Part shown: positions 1 to 12,400 of the stretch, in pieces
Numbering within the stretch: the first letter of the stretch is position 1
Layout of the letters: every line of letters starts with the position of its first letter
Assembly (NCBI GenBank): GCA_009103225.1
Contig: RHPI01000249.1
Coordinates: 30,730 to 94,729, forward strand
Direction: 5' to 3'
From: Chlorokybus atmophyticus
Taxonomy: Eukaryota; Plantae; Mesostigma and Chlorokybus algae
DNA: 64,000 nucleotides
Made by a program: the position numbers and the translations under genes
The notes under the pieces: generated by a model
The model's database searches: none
Told to the model about the DNA's origin: nothing
What the model saw: the letters and a program-made list of their open reading frames with translations, nothing else

Positions 1-99
1 GCCTGCTGGAGAGAGAGTGGGGGAGAGAGAGAGGGGGAGAGAGGGGGAGGGAGAGGGAGAGGGAGAGAGGGGGAGAGGGAGAGAGGGGGAGAGAGAGGG
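1..99. repeat. Polypurine (GA/GGGAGA) low-complexity tract, probably intronic
   Basis: Imperfect (GA)n with G-runs; lies just downstream of a GTGAGT donor on the minus strand. Confidence 0.9.
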
Positions 100-130
100 C
101 GCATGTAGACATGCTTTGGTCCAAACTCAC

Positions 131-424
131 CGGTATATCGGTAGAGCGCCAGGCGTCCTGGCCGTGCTCATTGATTTTGGGTGCACTCTGGGGCTTTTGG
201 GGTTCGTCCTCTCCCATTTCTGTGCCTGATTGAGGGGAGCGCTCTCCATCCTTCAGCACCTGCGGAGCTTCCACCTTGTATCTGAGTAACACAGCGGGCC
301 TCCGCACCGGGGTGGTTGCTGGCCCTTGATGAGGGAGAAGCTTCCCCTTCTTCCCAATAACGTTCCTCAGCCAGCGCCTGGTGCCCCCGCCGCCCTCGCC
401 GCCGCCGCCGCCAACAGCAGCCAT
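131..424 (-). CDS. Candidate exon of an unknown gene running off the left edge (MAAVGGGGGEGGGGTRRWLRNVIGKKGK...AWRSTDIP)
   Basis: ATG at 424-422, 98 open codons, then a canonical GTGAGT donor at 130; no recognisable domain. Confidence 0.45.
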
Positions 425-1589
425 TGCACACAGAACAACTGCGGGGTTGCTCCGCAGATACACCCCTACAAGAACGGCACCTGGCATTCAATTGTCGTCT
501 TCGCGAAGCAGCAGCAGCGGCCTCCTCGGCAGGTCGCGTCGCACCCCTCGCAGTAGCGATGTCACTGGACACAAAGACTGAAAAAGCCACATGACAAGAA
601 CTGGATAGGTCTCTCAAGTGACTCATGAGTCAGTACAAGCCGTGTCATGCTTCATGAAACCGACTGCCGCGACACCAAGGCAGCTTCATGACCCCGCCTG
701 GCTTTATAAAGAGGACTGCGGCACGAGGAGGAGCGCGGCACAGCTCGCTCAGGACCAACACTGAGAAGGCTAACTCAGTCAGTTGAACTGACCGGCTGGA
801 GAGGAGAGCAGAGCAGGCCACGAAGTGCAACGGGTAGGCCTAACACGGGTCTCTCTGCGTCACGGAATGACACAATGGCACAGACAAAGCTCGCACGCTC
901 ACAATATCTTTTCAAAAGCAGTGCCACTCGTTGGCAAATGCAAATTGGGGGCGGTGCTCAATGCGGCGGTCCACTGCGCTGCGATGCTTCGCCAAGGACC
1001 TCTTATGAAGCGGTTGCCAATATACTGCGGTTGCACAAGGCAAGCGCGCCATGCAAATGCAGGCATGACACGCACGCTCCCCGTAACACTGCCACCTTAT
1101 AGACTGTGATGTGGCACAGATACTTGGCTCTACAGCAGTTTAAAGTTCAATGCGCTGAGCTTAATTCAAGCTAGGGCGTGCTCATGCACAGTTAAAATAA
1201 TTAATCACGCGCAGTCCCAGCATAACGTAGTGTTGTATCGAACGCATTGTGCAGCTAGAAAGAATGGTAGCTGTGACTTATGTGCGCAAGAGTATCTCAA
1301 CAAATGCTGTACCTATTAGGTCCAGTAAATGTACACAAGTACTAGCCAACCACCCATCCCGTTCCCCGGGCTTGCCGAACGCCCTTTGCAACCAAAGCGC
1401 TGGCATTCAACGCCTGTAAGTCCTGTTTGATTACATTCATGCCCAGCACTCCTGCAACCGACCAACACATGTGTGTAAGTGCACCCATGTGGGCGTGTGC
1501 ATGCTTCCACATCTGTGCGTGCATGTGGGCTTTGCGTATGAGTGCGCGCGTGTGTGGGCATACTAATGCATGTGCGCATACAGAGAGAT

Positions 1590-2570
1590 CCGCATCAGCA
1601 TTGTGTACACACCTTTGGTGTGGGCGGCGCAGACACGCGCGTTGTTGCGTCAGTGCGCAATATTGACACGAGCTGTCCACCGACTTCCCACACCCTCATC
1701 GCAGCCACCGCCAAATACTCCCTGCTTTAGCTCTGTGCTCAGCTAATTCTTGCACACATGCAATCACTGCCGCAAAGTAGGAACAAGGCTTAAGGCGTGC
1801 TCACAACTGCACGCAATTACACATGTACGCACATGGTACATGTGCACATACGATTACGCACACTTGCAGCACCATTGATGCCCAATCGCCTACATAATAG
1901 TTTGGGTCACTTACTAGGGTGTGCGAACGGTGAAGCGCAGCATATTGATGTGATCTTCGGGCAGGATATACCCTTTGCGCACGAGCTGGTCAATGTAGAA
2001 GAGGCGGTTGTTTTCCTATATCTCAGCCTGAAAACACCATGTTTGTGCTTGAGAGCACATGTGACACAAAGCGCATGCGCGCGCACAAGCAAGCACACGT
2101 GCACCTTTACAAAAGTGCGCAGAATGCAAAGGCTTTCTCCTGTGCAGCATCACCGCGTGCTACTTGCTCCAGCCCGCCACCTTGAAGCGTCAGTTGGTTT
2201 ATTGTCGACATGTTGGCAAGTAGTCCACAATGTACTGTATCAATACACATAGTGTTTCAATGCGCCATCCTTAGCAAGTAGCAGCGCTGCACCTGAACAC
2301 ATACAGACAAGAGCCGCGTTCAGCTCCATTGCCATTGCAGTATACCTGCAAACAAATGGTGCATACGGTGAACTCAGAAAGCCAAATGTTGTTGTTGTTC
2401 GCACAAGTCCACAATCGACAACACTAACCTTCAGTCGCCACTTGATCCCTCCTGTGCAGATCGCCTGCACCAAACTACACAATAATAAAGTAGCACTCAA
2501 CTACACAACAAGTCCCGACACAACTCATACATACATAGCACGACATAACTCTCATTTCAACCCCGCTCAC
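1590..2570 (-). pseudogene. Second, internally deleted copy of the TRIM37-like MATH and downstream exons
   Basis: 1590-1730 resembles 2880-3010; 1940-2070 resembles 4190-4320; 2120-2570 resembles 4350-4760. Encodes GGIKWRLK, VYCNGNG and NRLFYIDQLVRKGYILPEDHINMLRFTVRTP*, with frameshifts. Confidence 0.75.
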
Positions 2571-3899
2571 CCTTCTATCTGCACAGCTGAAGAAGATAGT
2601 GGCTGTGGCTCTACATACCCTATAATCACGCAACACATACTGCGCCAGTTCTGTCCCTATAATTACCTTATATACACAGTGATGTAGCCAACAGTCAATG
2701 TCGACTACCAGTTTTTGCAACATCCTCCGCAACCAGAGCGCTGGTGACGGACGCCCATACGTCCCTTTAATACTTATATTCATGCGCACCACTCCTCCTG
2801 CGACTAATCAACATGTGTGTGTACGTGCACATGTGCGCATGTGCATGTGAAAATAGTATTAACACAATGTGCTCACCTTCAAGGTGTGGGCGGCACAGAC
2901 ACGTGCGTTGTGGTAGTGTCGCGCAATGCCGACACGCTTTGATTGTGCGATTCATCCCACACTCCCACTTCGGCACTGGCAAGTAGCCTCCTTGCAGCGT
3001 CCACTATGCCTCTTCCTGCTGCTACCGTACCTGCCAGAAGTTGTGTCGGGGAGAACCGCACATCGCGCATCCGTCGCGTGACGGCTAGAACCCACGTCAG
3101 CTTGGACATCACACACTGTCGATGACGCAAACTCTGACGATGACTTCACACTGCTGCTGCTAGAGACGTTGTCTTCTCGCTCCTCACCAACAACATTGTT
3201 GTTCACAAGCTTGCGTTCGGGTGAACACGTGCTCGCATCTTCACCCCGCAAAGCTGCCTCCTGCTCAATGCCAAAAAGACAACTGGTACTAGTGCTCGCC
3301 GATTCCACACTCGCCTCCAACAGACACCCATGTTGGCTTCATGCATGAGGATGTAATGCAACTCATTGGACACGCGCAAAGTGGAGTGGTCTTGAAGCAA
3401 GCACGCGCGCGCACATGCACAGACACGTGCGTGCACACGCACAGATGGGGACATATGCACACGCACACGCGTACACACAAACACGAGCTCACTTGCACAC
3501 ATGCGCACACTTGCCCATAACCACACACCTGTTGTGGCTCTGCTGGGAAGTTGGTGGCGGTTGCGCACGACGGGCACGAGCAGAAGTGGGCACAGGGAGG
3601 ACGGCGATCCCTGCCGCTGTTTTTGGTGTCGCTGAATGTGTCAGCGTCGCTGTTGCCGCCGTTGACCTGAAAACTCTCTTCTGTCCAATGACAAGAACGC
3701 CACAGCTGCCGACAAGACATCCGTGTACAGATGATGATAATGGTGCTTGCATTGAAACGCCGAAGATGTAGATGGTGAAGAAGCTTTTGGAACCAATGCT
3801 CAACGCAATACCGTCACCTGATGCGCGTGTGCAATGAGCTTGTTGTGACACATGCGGCCATGCAGACAGTACAATGCAGACATACATGCACACAATGCC

Positions 3900-6800
3900 A
3901 ACTCACATGTGCGAGCGCTTCCTGCTCCTCAGCTTGCAGCTTTGCAATCGCTCTTTGCTAATCCTTGCACTATTGTGAGTACCTGACACAGAGGAAACAG
4001 GCTTGAGCACGCGCACATTTGTGCACACGTGCACAGATAGATACGCCCGCACACACTTATATACACGCGTGCGCACACGCATGCACACATGTCTGTATGT
4101 GCTTGCACACCTGAACCTGTTCTATCAGCCCCGTACAGAAACACAATGATGTCCTCATGCCTCGCAAACAAGGGTGCGCGCACGGCGAATCGCAGGGTAA
4201 TGATGTCTTCTTCAGGGAGGAGATGCCCTTTACGCACAAGCTGGTCGATGCGGAAGAAGCGGTTGTATCCCCAACCTAAGCCACACACCCAGTCAATGCT
4301 TGAGCTCGCATGTGACATAACAAACACACGAGCGTACCTGATGAACGCAAACTCATGCACAATGCACTGTGAAGGCCGCCTTCGGTGCAACATCACCATG
4401 CGGTACTCATACCGTGCGGGCTCCGAGCCACCACCTTCAGGCATCTGTTGACGAGTTGGTCATGTTGGCACATTCAAGAGATACAGACAAGTGCGTGCCG
4501 CGTGCAACTCCATTGCTGTTGGGATATACCTGCAGACAAGCGGTGCATATGATGAGCTTAGAAGCCAATCATTGTACTTTTTTGCACACATCCACAACAG
4601 TTCAAAAGCAGTGACCTTCAGCCACCACTTAATCCCTCCCGTGCATACTGCCTGCACCCAGCGTACATTTACAGACAGTACTCAACTGCGCACCGACACG
4701 ACTCATGGCACAACCCATGCATAACACGACATAACCCTGTCTTCAACCCCGCTCACGTCGCTGTAGATGACTTCCGAGCACGCGGCATCCCCGCCATGAT
4801 GTTGTCCTCCTCCTCTTCCTCCTGCTCCTCCTCTTTCACCTCCTCTTTCAGGTCGTCAACATCGCGCTTGCTGCGCCGGCGGTGAGCCACAATCGCACTG
4901 CGGCGTAGCTTCGCGAAGAAGCTGTGGAGACCTCCATATATGAGTACGGCGGGACAACCTGCAAGTGGTTGGCGACAGGTGCAAGACAATGCATGCGATG
5001 TGCGTGTGCGTGCGTGTGCGCATACAACAGTAAGCGCGTGACTCTATGCATGTTATGCACAAGTGTATGGTACACAAGCAACTGCTGCCTGCGTCCAATT
5101 GCCATGTATACATGCACATGCACATGTATGCATGAGCATGTGCACATGTATGCAAGAGCATGTACACAAGTATGGATACAAGTAGCTGTTGTGATGGGCA
5201 CACACGCGTCATTAGCAACAAAAATTCACATACACATGCACGCTACGAGTCATAGTTTATGTGTACACATGCTTAAATCAACTCGCCTCCATGTTGGGTG
5301 GGATTGCCATACTCGACCCATACCTGAGATCCAACTCGGTGGAGACTGCCGTCTCAAAGTCCGTGGCCGTGCTACGCGGCAGGGCCGTGCAAAAAGGCAG
5401 CAGCGCGCACCGGCTCGCTACTGGTGGACACGAGCTCAGACGGGAGTTGAGCTCATGAATGCCCTCCAGCATCTCCACCTACACGCATACACGCATGCGC
5501 ACGCATGTACACATACATACATATGCACGATATGCACACGTGTGCACACGCACACACAGGAGCACACCTCACACGCGCACGCAAGCACGCAGTCGCACAC
5601 ATGCATGTGCATGCATGCGTGCAGGAGCACACAGATGAATGCCAACAACAATGTCTCAAACCTCTTCTGCCATTGCGACCTTCTGGCCCAGCAACGTCGG
5701 CAGCGGCTTTCTTTTATTAAGAGCCTGCAACCTTGCTTGCAAACAACGACACAATATTGCAGGAATGAGCACGTTGAATGATGGGCAGAAATGACTCAAT
5801 CCGAGTGAGCTTGTGCACCTGCATGCTTTCCATCGCGTGCTGCAGCTCAGCAGCATGCTCATCCTTCGCCTGCAATGCAACTATCAATAAATCAACTCCT
5901 CAAAACCGAAATACACATCCTTTCCCCAAAGTCACAACATAACAACAGCCTTTTGCACGCGTTCAATAATGTCTGTGGTCTCACAGCCGTGCGAAGCTCC
6001 TGCTGTGAACATCTCAACATGGGTTGCATTGGTTCGTATATAGTACAACGTGAAATGAAACTTCGGGCGGCGGTAGAGTCGCCGGGTCTCGGCCTGGATG
6101 GCCTCAACGTGGCAGTCATAGACGTCACTCAAGCGCTCAAACGTGTGCCCACTTTGCTCCTGAGTGGGTGAACCTCGAGTGACTAGCCTTGGGCAACAAA
6201 TGCTAACAGAATATACCGTGTGCGTGCGTGCGTGTGCATGAGCGTAAGTGCTTGAACACACATGTGTGTGTGCGCGCGCGTGTAAGCCTAAGCGTGTGCG
6301 CATGTATGTGCACGCACACGCATGCTTGCAAGTATGCATGTGTGTTCTAATTGTGTACAAGCATCCAAGCGTCAAACAAACTCACCACCGCGAACACCGC
6401 TCAATCGGAGCATATGACCGCGCTGCATGTCCCACATGTAAACACTCCCATGCTTTGTGCAAACCTGCGCAACCAACAGATCACCACATCTCACTGCGTC
6501 ACACACGCACGCACGCATGCACAACAGTGACAGCAGAACGGAATCGTACCTGCCCGTGTTGTCGTTGTTGTCTGTCGTGCTTGTGCAGAAAGCGATCCAT
6601 CCAACTCCGCCGACGCTTCAGCAACAAAACGACAGCTCACAAGTTAGGACAAGCGCAGCGAAGCGCGGCAGTGAGCGCAGGGGTGATGCCTGCCCTCTTC
6701 AGTTTATCAGCGCTGCGGGAATGATGAGAAGGTTCTGTGTGTTGTTGACGAGGGAGATTGTGGGGAGAGTGGACTCGCTTACCCTAATGCAAAGGGAGCA

Positions 6801-7100
6801 GCAGATTCTGGAGCAGCAGGGGCAAAGCTGCGCATCGACGGCCTGCAACATTGTGCAAGTGAGGTCAAGTTGCATAGTGCTGGCAGGTGTGAAGCAAACA
6901 AGTGGCAGCCACGCGCGTGTGCATGTGCACGCACGCCATATGGGTGCCTGCGCATGCGGGTATGGGTGTGGGTGTTGCTATGCACAGCTACACACATAGT
7001 TGTGTACACGCCCACATGCGCGCACACACTGACAACGTCAGCTACAAACAACCGCAGATGAACCAATCGGATGCAGCAACTGAAAACCACGCCAACAAGC
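3900..7100 (-). pseudogene. TRIM37: TRIM37-like E3 ubiquitin ligase pseudogene (RING, B-box, coiled coil, MATH/TRAF), multi-exon
   Basis: Collinear exon translations match TRIM37 as I recall it: VFSCCIRLVHLR (7090-7052), AVDAQLCPCCSRICCSLCIR (6842-6783), CAHCRASLRLS*LVSCRFVAEASAELD (~6680-6590), CTKHGVFTCGTCSAVICSD*AV (B-box, ~6459-6390), GHTFERLSDVYDCHVEAI (~6150), AKDEHAAELQHAMESMQ, TLLGQKVAMAEE, VPPYSYMEV, GGIKWWLK/VYPNSNGVARGTHLSVSLE, YEYRMVMLH, WGYNRFFRIDQLVRKGHLLPEEDIITLRFAVRAP. GT-AG boundaries are mostly present; in-frame TAA and TGA plus frameshifts. Confidence 0.85.
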
Positions 7101-7325
7101 TGTCGTGCCTGCCATGGTCGAGGGCAACCTTGTCTCGGACAGGCTGCGGAGAAGTGCTAGTGCTGCACGCATGCTAGTGCCGTGCATTGCATTGGAGTCA
7201 TGCAAGCAAAAGACACCCCCCCAATTGTGGGCATAGGCTTGAAGATGAGCCTACGCGGTGTTTAGTGCAGTGGACGAGCCGATGCCGCTCGCCACCTTTG
7301 TGTACAGGCTGTGTCGTAGTGCACA

Positions 7326-7979
7326 CAGTCAACGAGCCACTACGATAGGTAGTGCTGTGGACACAGTTCTTTGCATGAGTGGATAGAATGATACATTGTT
7401 AAGAGGTGAGGTGAATGAGTGTGCAACACCCTGACTACTGAAACAACACACCACCGTCAAGCTCACAGCAATGACAGGCACAGCGCACAAGAGCATGCAC
7501 CGTGTCTCACGCAATAAGGGAATTCTTGGCAACCGGGGCAGCGTGCTTCCAGTTCAAGTCGCTTCACAAGCTCTTTAGAAACAGAGTCTTTACTTCTTAG
7601 TACTCCTAGTACTCACAGTACTCACTTACAGTGTCACCAGCCAGTCTGGTGACGTGACTTCCTACTTATACATGTCAAATCATGACTGTGCAGTGCCACG
7701 CGGGCACTAGGCCAACGGTCACATCGAGGCCTCATGCTATTTCGGAAATCTCCTAAGACTCGATATAGCACATGTGTTAATAACAGACTTACAACTGATC
7801 AGCTACGCGCGGTCCCTACAGACAGGTCTGTAAAGTAGCCCTAGCTACATGCTACATGAGCGGTACAGTAGCTAGCAGTAGGCTGGGGCTCGCGCGGTCT
7901 TCATGCTGGTAGCCCGGGCGTGGGGCTGGGTGTAGGCATGCTCGAGAAGAACTGGCATGCGAGGGTAGATGGCATGACA
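7326..7979 (-). mobile_element. LTR related to the DNMT-Ty3 family (probably a 3' LTR of a related copy)
   Basis: Roughly 75-80% similar by eye to 43633-44091, with a ~200 bp extra segment; both end in GGCATGACA (TGTCATGCC on minus). A purine tract (minus GAGGGAGGGGGGAG, 8626-8639) lies on the far side of the gap and is PPT-like. Confidence 0.75.
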
Positions 7980-8625
7980 NNNNNNNNNNNNNNNNNNNNN
8001 NNNNNNNNNNNNNNNNNNNNNNNNNNNNNNNNNNNNNNNNNNNNNNNNNNNNNNNNNNNNNNNNNNNNNNNNNNNNNNNNNNNNNNNNNNNNNNNNNNNN
8101 NNNNNNNNNNNNNNNNNNNNNNNNNNNNNNNNNNNNNNNNNNNNNNNNNNNNNNNNNNNNNNNNNNNNNNNNNNNNNNNNNNNNNNNNNNNNNNNNNNNN
8201 NNNNNNNNNNNNNNNNNNNNNNNNNNNNNNNNNNNNNNNNNNNNNNNNNNNNNNNNNNNNNNNNNNNNNNNNNNNNNNNNNNNNNNNNNNNNNNNNNNNN
8301 NNNNNNNNNNNNNNNNNNNNNNNNNNNNNNNNNNNNNNNNNNNNNNNNNNNNNNNNNNNNNNNNNNNNNNNNNNNNNNNNNNNNNNNNNNNNNNNNNNNN
8401 NNNNNNNNNNNNNNNNNNNNNNNNNNNNNNNNNNNNNNNNNNNNNNNNNNNNNNNNNNNNNNNNNNNNNNNNNNNNNNNNNNNNNNNNNNNNNNNNNNNN
8501 NNNNNNNNNNNNNNNNNNNNNNNNNNNNNNNNNNNNNNNNNNNNNNNNNNNNNNNNNNNNNNNNNNNNNNNNNNNNNNNNNNNNNNNNNNNNNNNNNNNN
8601 NNNNNNNNNNNNNNNNNNNNNNNNN
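7980..8625. other. Assembly gap (N run)
   Basis: 646 N. Confidence 1.
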
Positions 8626-8927
8626 CCTCCCCCTCCCTCGCCTCTTCTTCCATGCCGCCGCTGTCGGAAACAATGGCTTTGCAGAAGCTGTAAAGAATTC
8701 AAATTTTATGGTTACGTTAGCGTAACTGGCCAGTTACTTATTGCGTCGAAATTACGCACCACTCCGTGTTTGCGGTATCTCGTTTTTGGGTAATGACTTG
8801 CATGTATGAAGCTATCAAGTGCAGGCATAACTGCGGGTGTGCACAGCAGCTAAGCAGAGGCAATGGCACTACAACAACGGTTGGGGCCCAGCAAAGCGCT
8901 AGCATGCTTAAATCATGTTAGATTGAG

Positions 8928-9465
8928 GCACTCCGCAAATACGTGCTGAAGTACGAGAAGAACACTTGGGATGACCACCTCCCATGGGTGGCCCTTGGAT
9001 ATCGATTGTCAAAGCAGGCGGCTCTGCGGGAGTATAGCCCGTACTACCTGCTGTTCAGGCGACCACCATTGCTCCCCTTCCGTGCGCAACAGGAGGTGGA
9101 TCGCGTCGTGAACAACCTTGACGACCCTGACTGGATGCACCACGACATCACCACGCGCGCCGCACTTTTCGAGCGCACCGTCCCCATGGCCTTCAACAAC
9201 CTGCGCATCGCGCAGCATCGCGACACGCTGCGCTACGAGCGCGTACGCAGCGGCTTCTACAAGGAGCGCCAACGGCGGTTCCAAGCAAGGGACTTTGCCT
9301 ATCGCATGGCAGCTACCAAAGACACGCTTGACACCTCCGTAGGCCGCACCGTCTACAAGGTACTCAAAGTGTACCCCACAGGGGTGCTGGACCTCCTTGG
9401 TCAAAACGGAGAAAGGTTGAAGGACAACATGGTGAACTGTGCGCCATGTCACCTTCCTTACGTAG
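8928..9465 (+). mobile_element. Ty3/gypsy integrase C-terminal fragment (same family as the 35035-44091 element)
   Basis: ALRKYVLKYEKNTWDDHLPWVALGYRLSKQ...YSPYYLLFRRPP...NLRIAQHRDTLRY...NCAPCHLP, the typical post-core integrase region of algal/bryophyte Ty3 elements. Confidence 0.85.
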
Positions 9466-12400
9466 CCGGCTTGTTGAGGTTGTATGCTATAGCACAGCAT
9501 GTTCGCAAGGAGAACACCGACTCCATCTGCCCGTACTACCCAGCAGCAGCACACCAGCTGCACGAAGCACTTGTCACCATGAGGGTGGAGGTCATCTTTC
9601 TGTTTTTGCTACGCATTACGCAGGTGGCGCAGCAGCATGTCCAGCACGGCATGGCTGTCCATGCAGCTGTCCGAGACAGCGTGACCCTCGACTCCCCTCG
9701 ACCCGACATTATGTTGTAAGCTAATGCGCAAAGAGCAAAGCAAATAAAGCCAGCAACTAGCAAACATCAATAAACAAGTACGCACTTCTCGAGCACTTGA
9801 TATTGCAAATGGTCTTCATAGCACTAAGGAAGTCCGTCTGTAATTTACCCACCAACCAAGCGTAGCGCAATTTATACGCAAATTAACAAGGTCACCACCG
9901 CTTGCACTCCCAACTTGTTGTATTAATTACGTGCAACTTGTTAGGGGACAATATTTATGTCATTATAAAGCTCGTACAAACGCACATAGGTGGACGCGCG
10001 ATGCACTCATTGCGCTCGTGCCAATGGAGCTGCCTTGTTGGAGTGTGGTTGATGAAGGATAGGGAAAAGCTAAGTGTGTCTTGTTACTATTGATGCTGGC
10101 AAAGGCATCACACACCCTAGAGGGCCACACAACCTTTTCATGGCCAGTTAGTTTGAGTCCTTGCGCATGCAAGTGTGCACCCATACACATATGTGCGTGC
10201 GCATATGTACATGTGCACGTGCGTGCAACTGCGTGCGTGCACGTGCGTACAACTGCCATTAGCAACTGGGCCTAAGCTTTTTGACCCGCCACGCCTGTTC
10301 GGCGCAACAAACTGTGCTCTGGCCGCAGCGTCCTGCTCACCTGCTTGTTGGGCCTTTATTGCGCACAGCTCCTATTCGGCCGACACATGCTGGCGGGGTG
10401 CTTTCAGCTGCTACCAAGGAGCATGCACGCTCGCTGCTGAAGCTGACTGATCTCAGCCGCAAGTTGCAGCTCTTAATGCGCACAACGAGCATTGTCAAGC
10501 AAGGCTTGAAGCGTGTCACAACAGGCCGTCTCGAGCAAATTGCCACACAGGCGCTGCTGCTCAGCGATTAGCTGGCATCTACTGCGGAAGCAATGCCCGT
10601 AACATCAATGCCAGAGATCCCGTGTGCAACAACAGTGCTTGAAGCCCTTTCTTGTTTCGGATGCACCGGTAGAAATGGGTTTCGGCAAGTTAGGCCGGAT
10701 CCGCAACTTTGTTCGTGAATTGTGCAAAGTTTGTTAGAGTTCCGCAAGATTCCTAATTAACTTATGGCTACATCCCTAATCCGGTTCGTGCCTGTTAGAA
10801 AAGCGCTTTTTCGTTAACACTTCTTTGCGAATATTTCCACAATTAAGTTGTGGCTATGTCTTGAACAAATTGCCATCAACCTTTGTTAATGCTCTATACC
10901 ATATAAATAAAGGAATACTCTTAACACTCCCACGCGAGCAGCTTGACCTCCAATGCTTGCTTGTATTGTAAAACACAGATGCCAAGTCCTGCGCAACAAG
11001 TCTTGAACTTGAGCGGTGGCAATGGCTTTGTCATGAAGTCCGCCAGCGTGTCTTCGGTATTACAGTACTGGAACTCCACCTCTCTCCGTGTGACCCTGTC
11101 TCGCACAAAGTGATGCATAACATCAATGTGCTTCATCCTTGCTGAGGCAATGGGATACTTCAACAACTTGATGGCTCCTTGGTTGTCACAGTTGATGACG
11201 ATGCACGCGGTAGGGTGCTCTAAGTCTGCCACAAGCTTGCGAAGCCAAAGTGCCTCTTTCACAGCTACTGCCGCTGCCATGTACTCGGCCTCCGATGTAG
11301 ATGCTGCAGTAGTGGGTTGTAGCCTGCTGTTCCAACTCACCACGCTTCCGTTCATCTTGAACACGTAGCCTGTTGTGGACCTCCTGCTGTCGAGGTCACC
11401 GGCAAAGTACGAGTCGCAGTACCCCTCCAACTGAGTGCTCCCGCTCCCAAACTTGATTCCAACTGTTGCGCTCCGAGCAACATAGCGTAGTACTCCCTTC
11501 GATGCTCTCCAGTGCTCCATGCTCGGTGCAGACATGTAGCGAGCAAGTACTCCCACAGCATGTGCAACATCGGGACGTGTGCACAGTGCTAGATAGAGCA
11601 TGCTGCCTACCAGCTCACTATATGGGTACCAAGCCTTGTCGAGTACCTCCCCATCCTTTGCCTTGATGAGGGCAGTGCCAAGTGCCAGTGGTGTGGTCTT
11701 GGTCTTTGCATCAGTGAGCCAGAACTTGGTGACGAGTCTTCTCACCAACTGCTCCTGACTAATCTTGATTGTGTGTGCCGCCCTGTCGCGCTCGATCACC
11801 ATGCCAAGAAACCACTTGGCCTCTCCAAGATCACGGACTGAGAGTGCTTGCTGTAGAGCAAGTTTTGTCTCCTGCAGGTGGTGCACCTGCCTGGCGGTGA
11901 TAATATCATCAACATACACGAGCAGCTAGACCTTGTTGTCTGCATGGATGAAGAGCCCATGGTCTGCAAAGAATGCGGTGTAGCTAAGTGCCTCAAGCTC
12001 CTTGGTGAGCCTAATGTGCCACATACGCGGTGCCTGTCGCAGCCCGTACAGTGCCTTGATCAGCTTGCACGCTGTGCCTCTCTCCCCTTCTTCATATCCA
12101 GGTGGTTGAAGATCTCCTCCTCCAGCTCTCCGTAGAGGAAGGCAGTCTTCACATCCAGGTGATGCAGCTCTAGGCATTCAGCAGTAACCACAGCTAGCAG
12201 TGCATGGAAGGTGGTATGATTACTTGCATGTGCAAAGAATTTGTTGAAGTCCACCTTCCTGCTGCAAAAAGCCCGTTACCACCAGTCTTGCCTTGTAGCG
12301 CTTAATGTTGCCTTGACTATCACGCTTCACCTTGAAGACCCACTTCACTGGAATGACCTTCACTCCTTGCGGAATCTGCTCCAGTAACCAAGTGTTGTTG

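Noticed and set aside
643-872. Possible solo LTR (TGTCAT...ATGACA with a TATA-like TTTATAAA)
   Set aside because: Flanks (AGCCG versus CAATG) give no TSD and there is no similarity to other LTRs in the window beyond the first 8 bases
4924-5781. 285-aa plus-strand ORF and many similar His/Thr/Cys-rich ORFs
   Set aside because: These are translations of CA/TG-rich introns, antisense to TRIM37-like exons
7852-8702. Long ORFs containing X runs
   Set aside because: Artefacts of translating through the N gap; the same applies at 52918-53207
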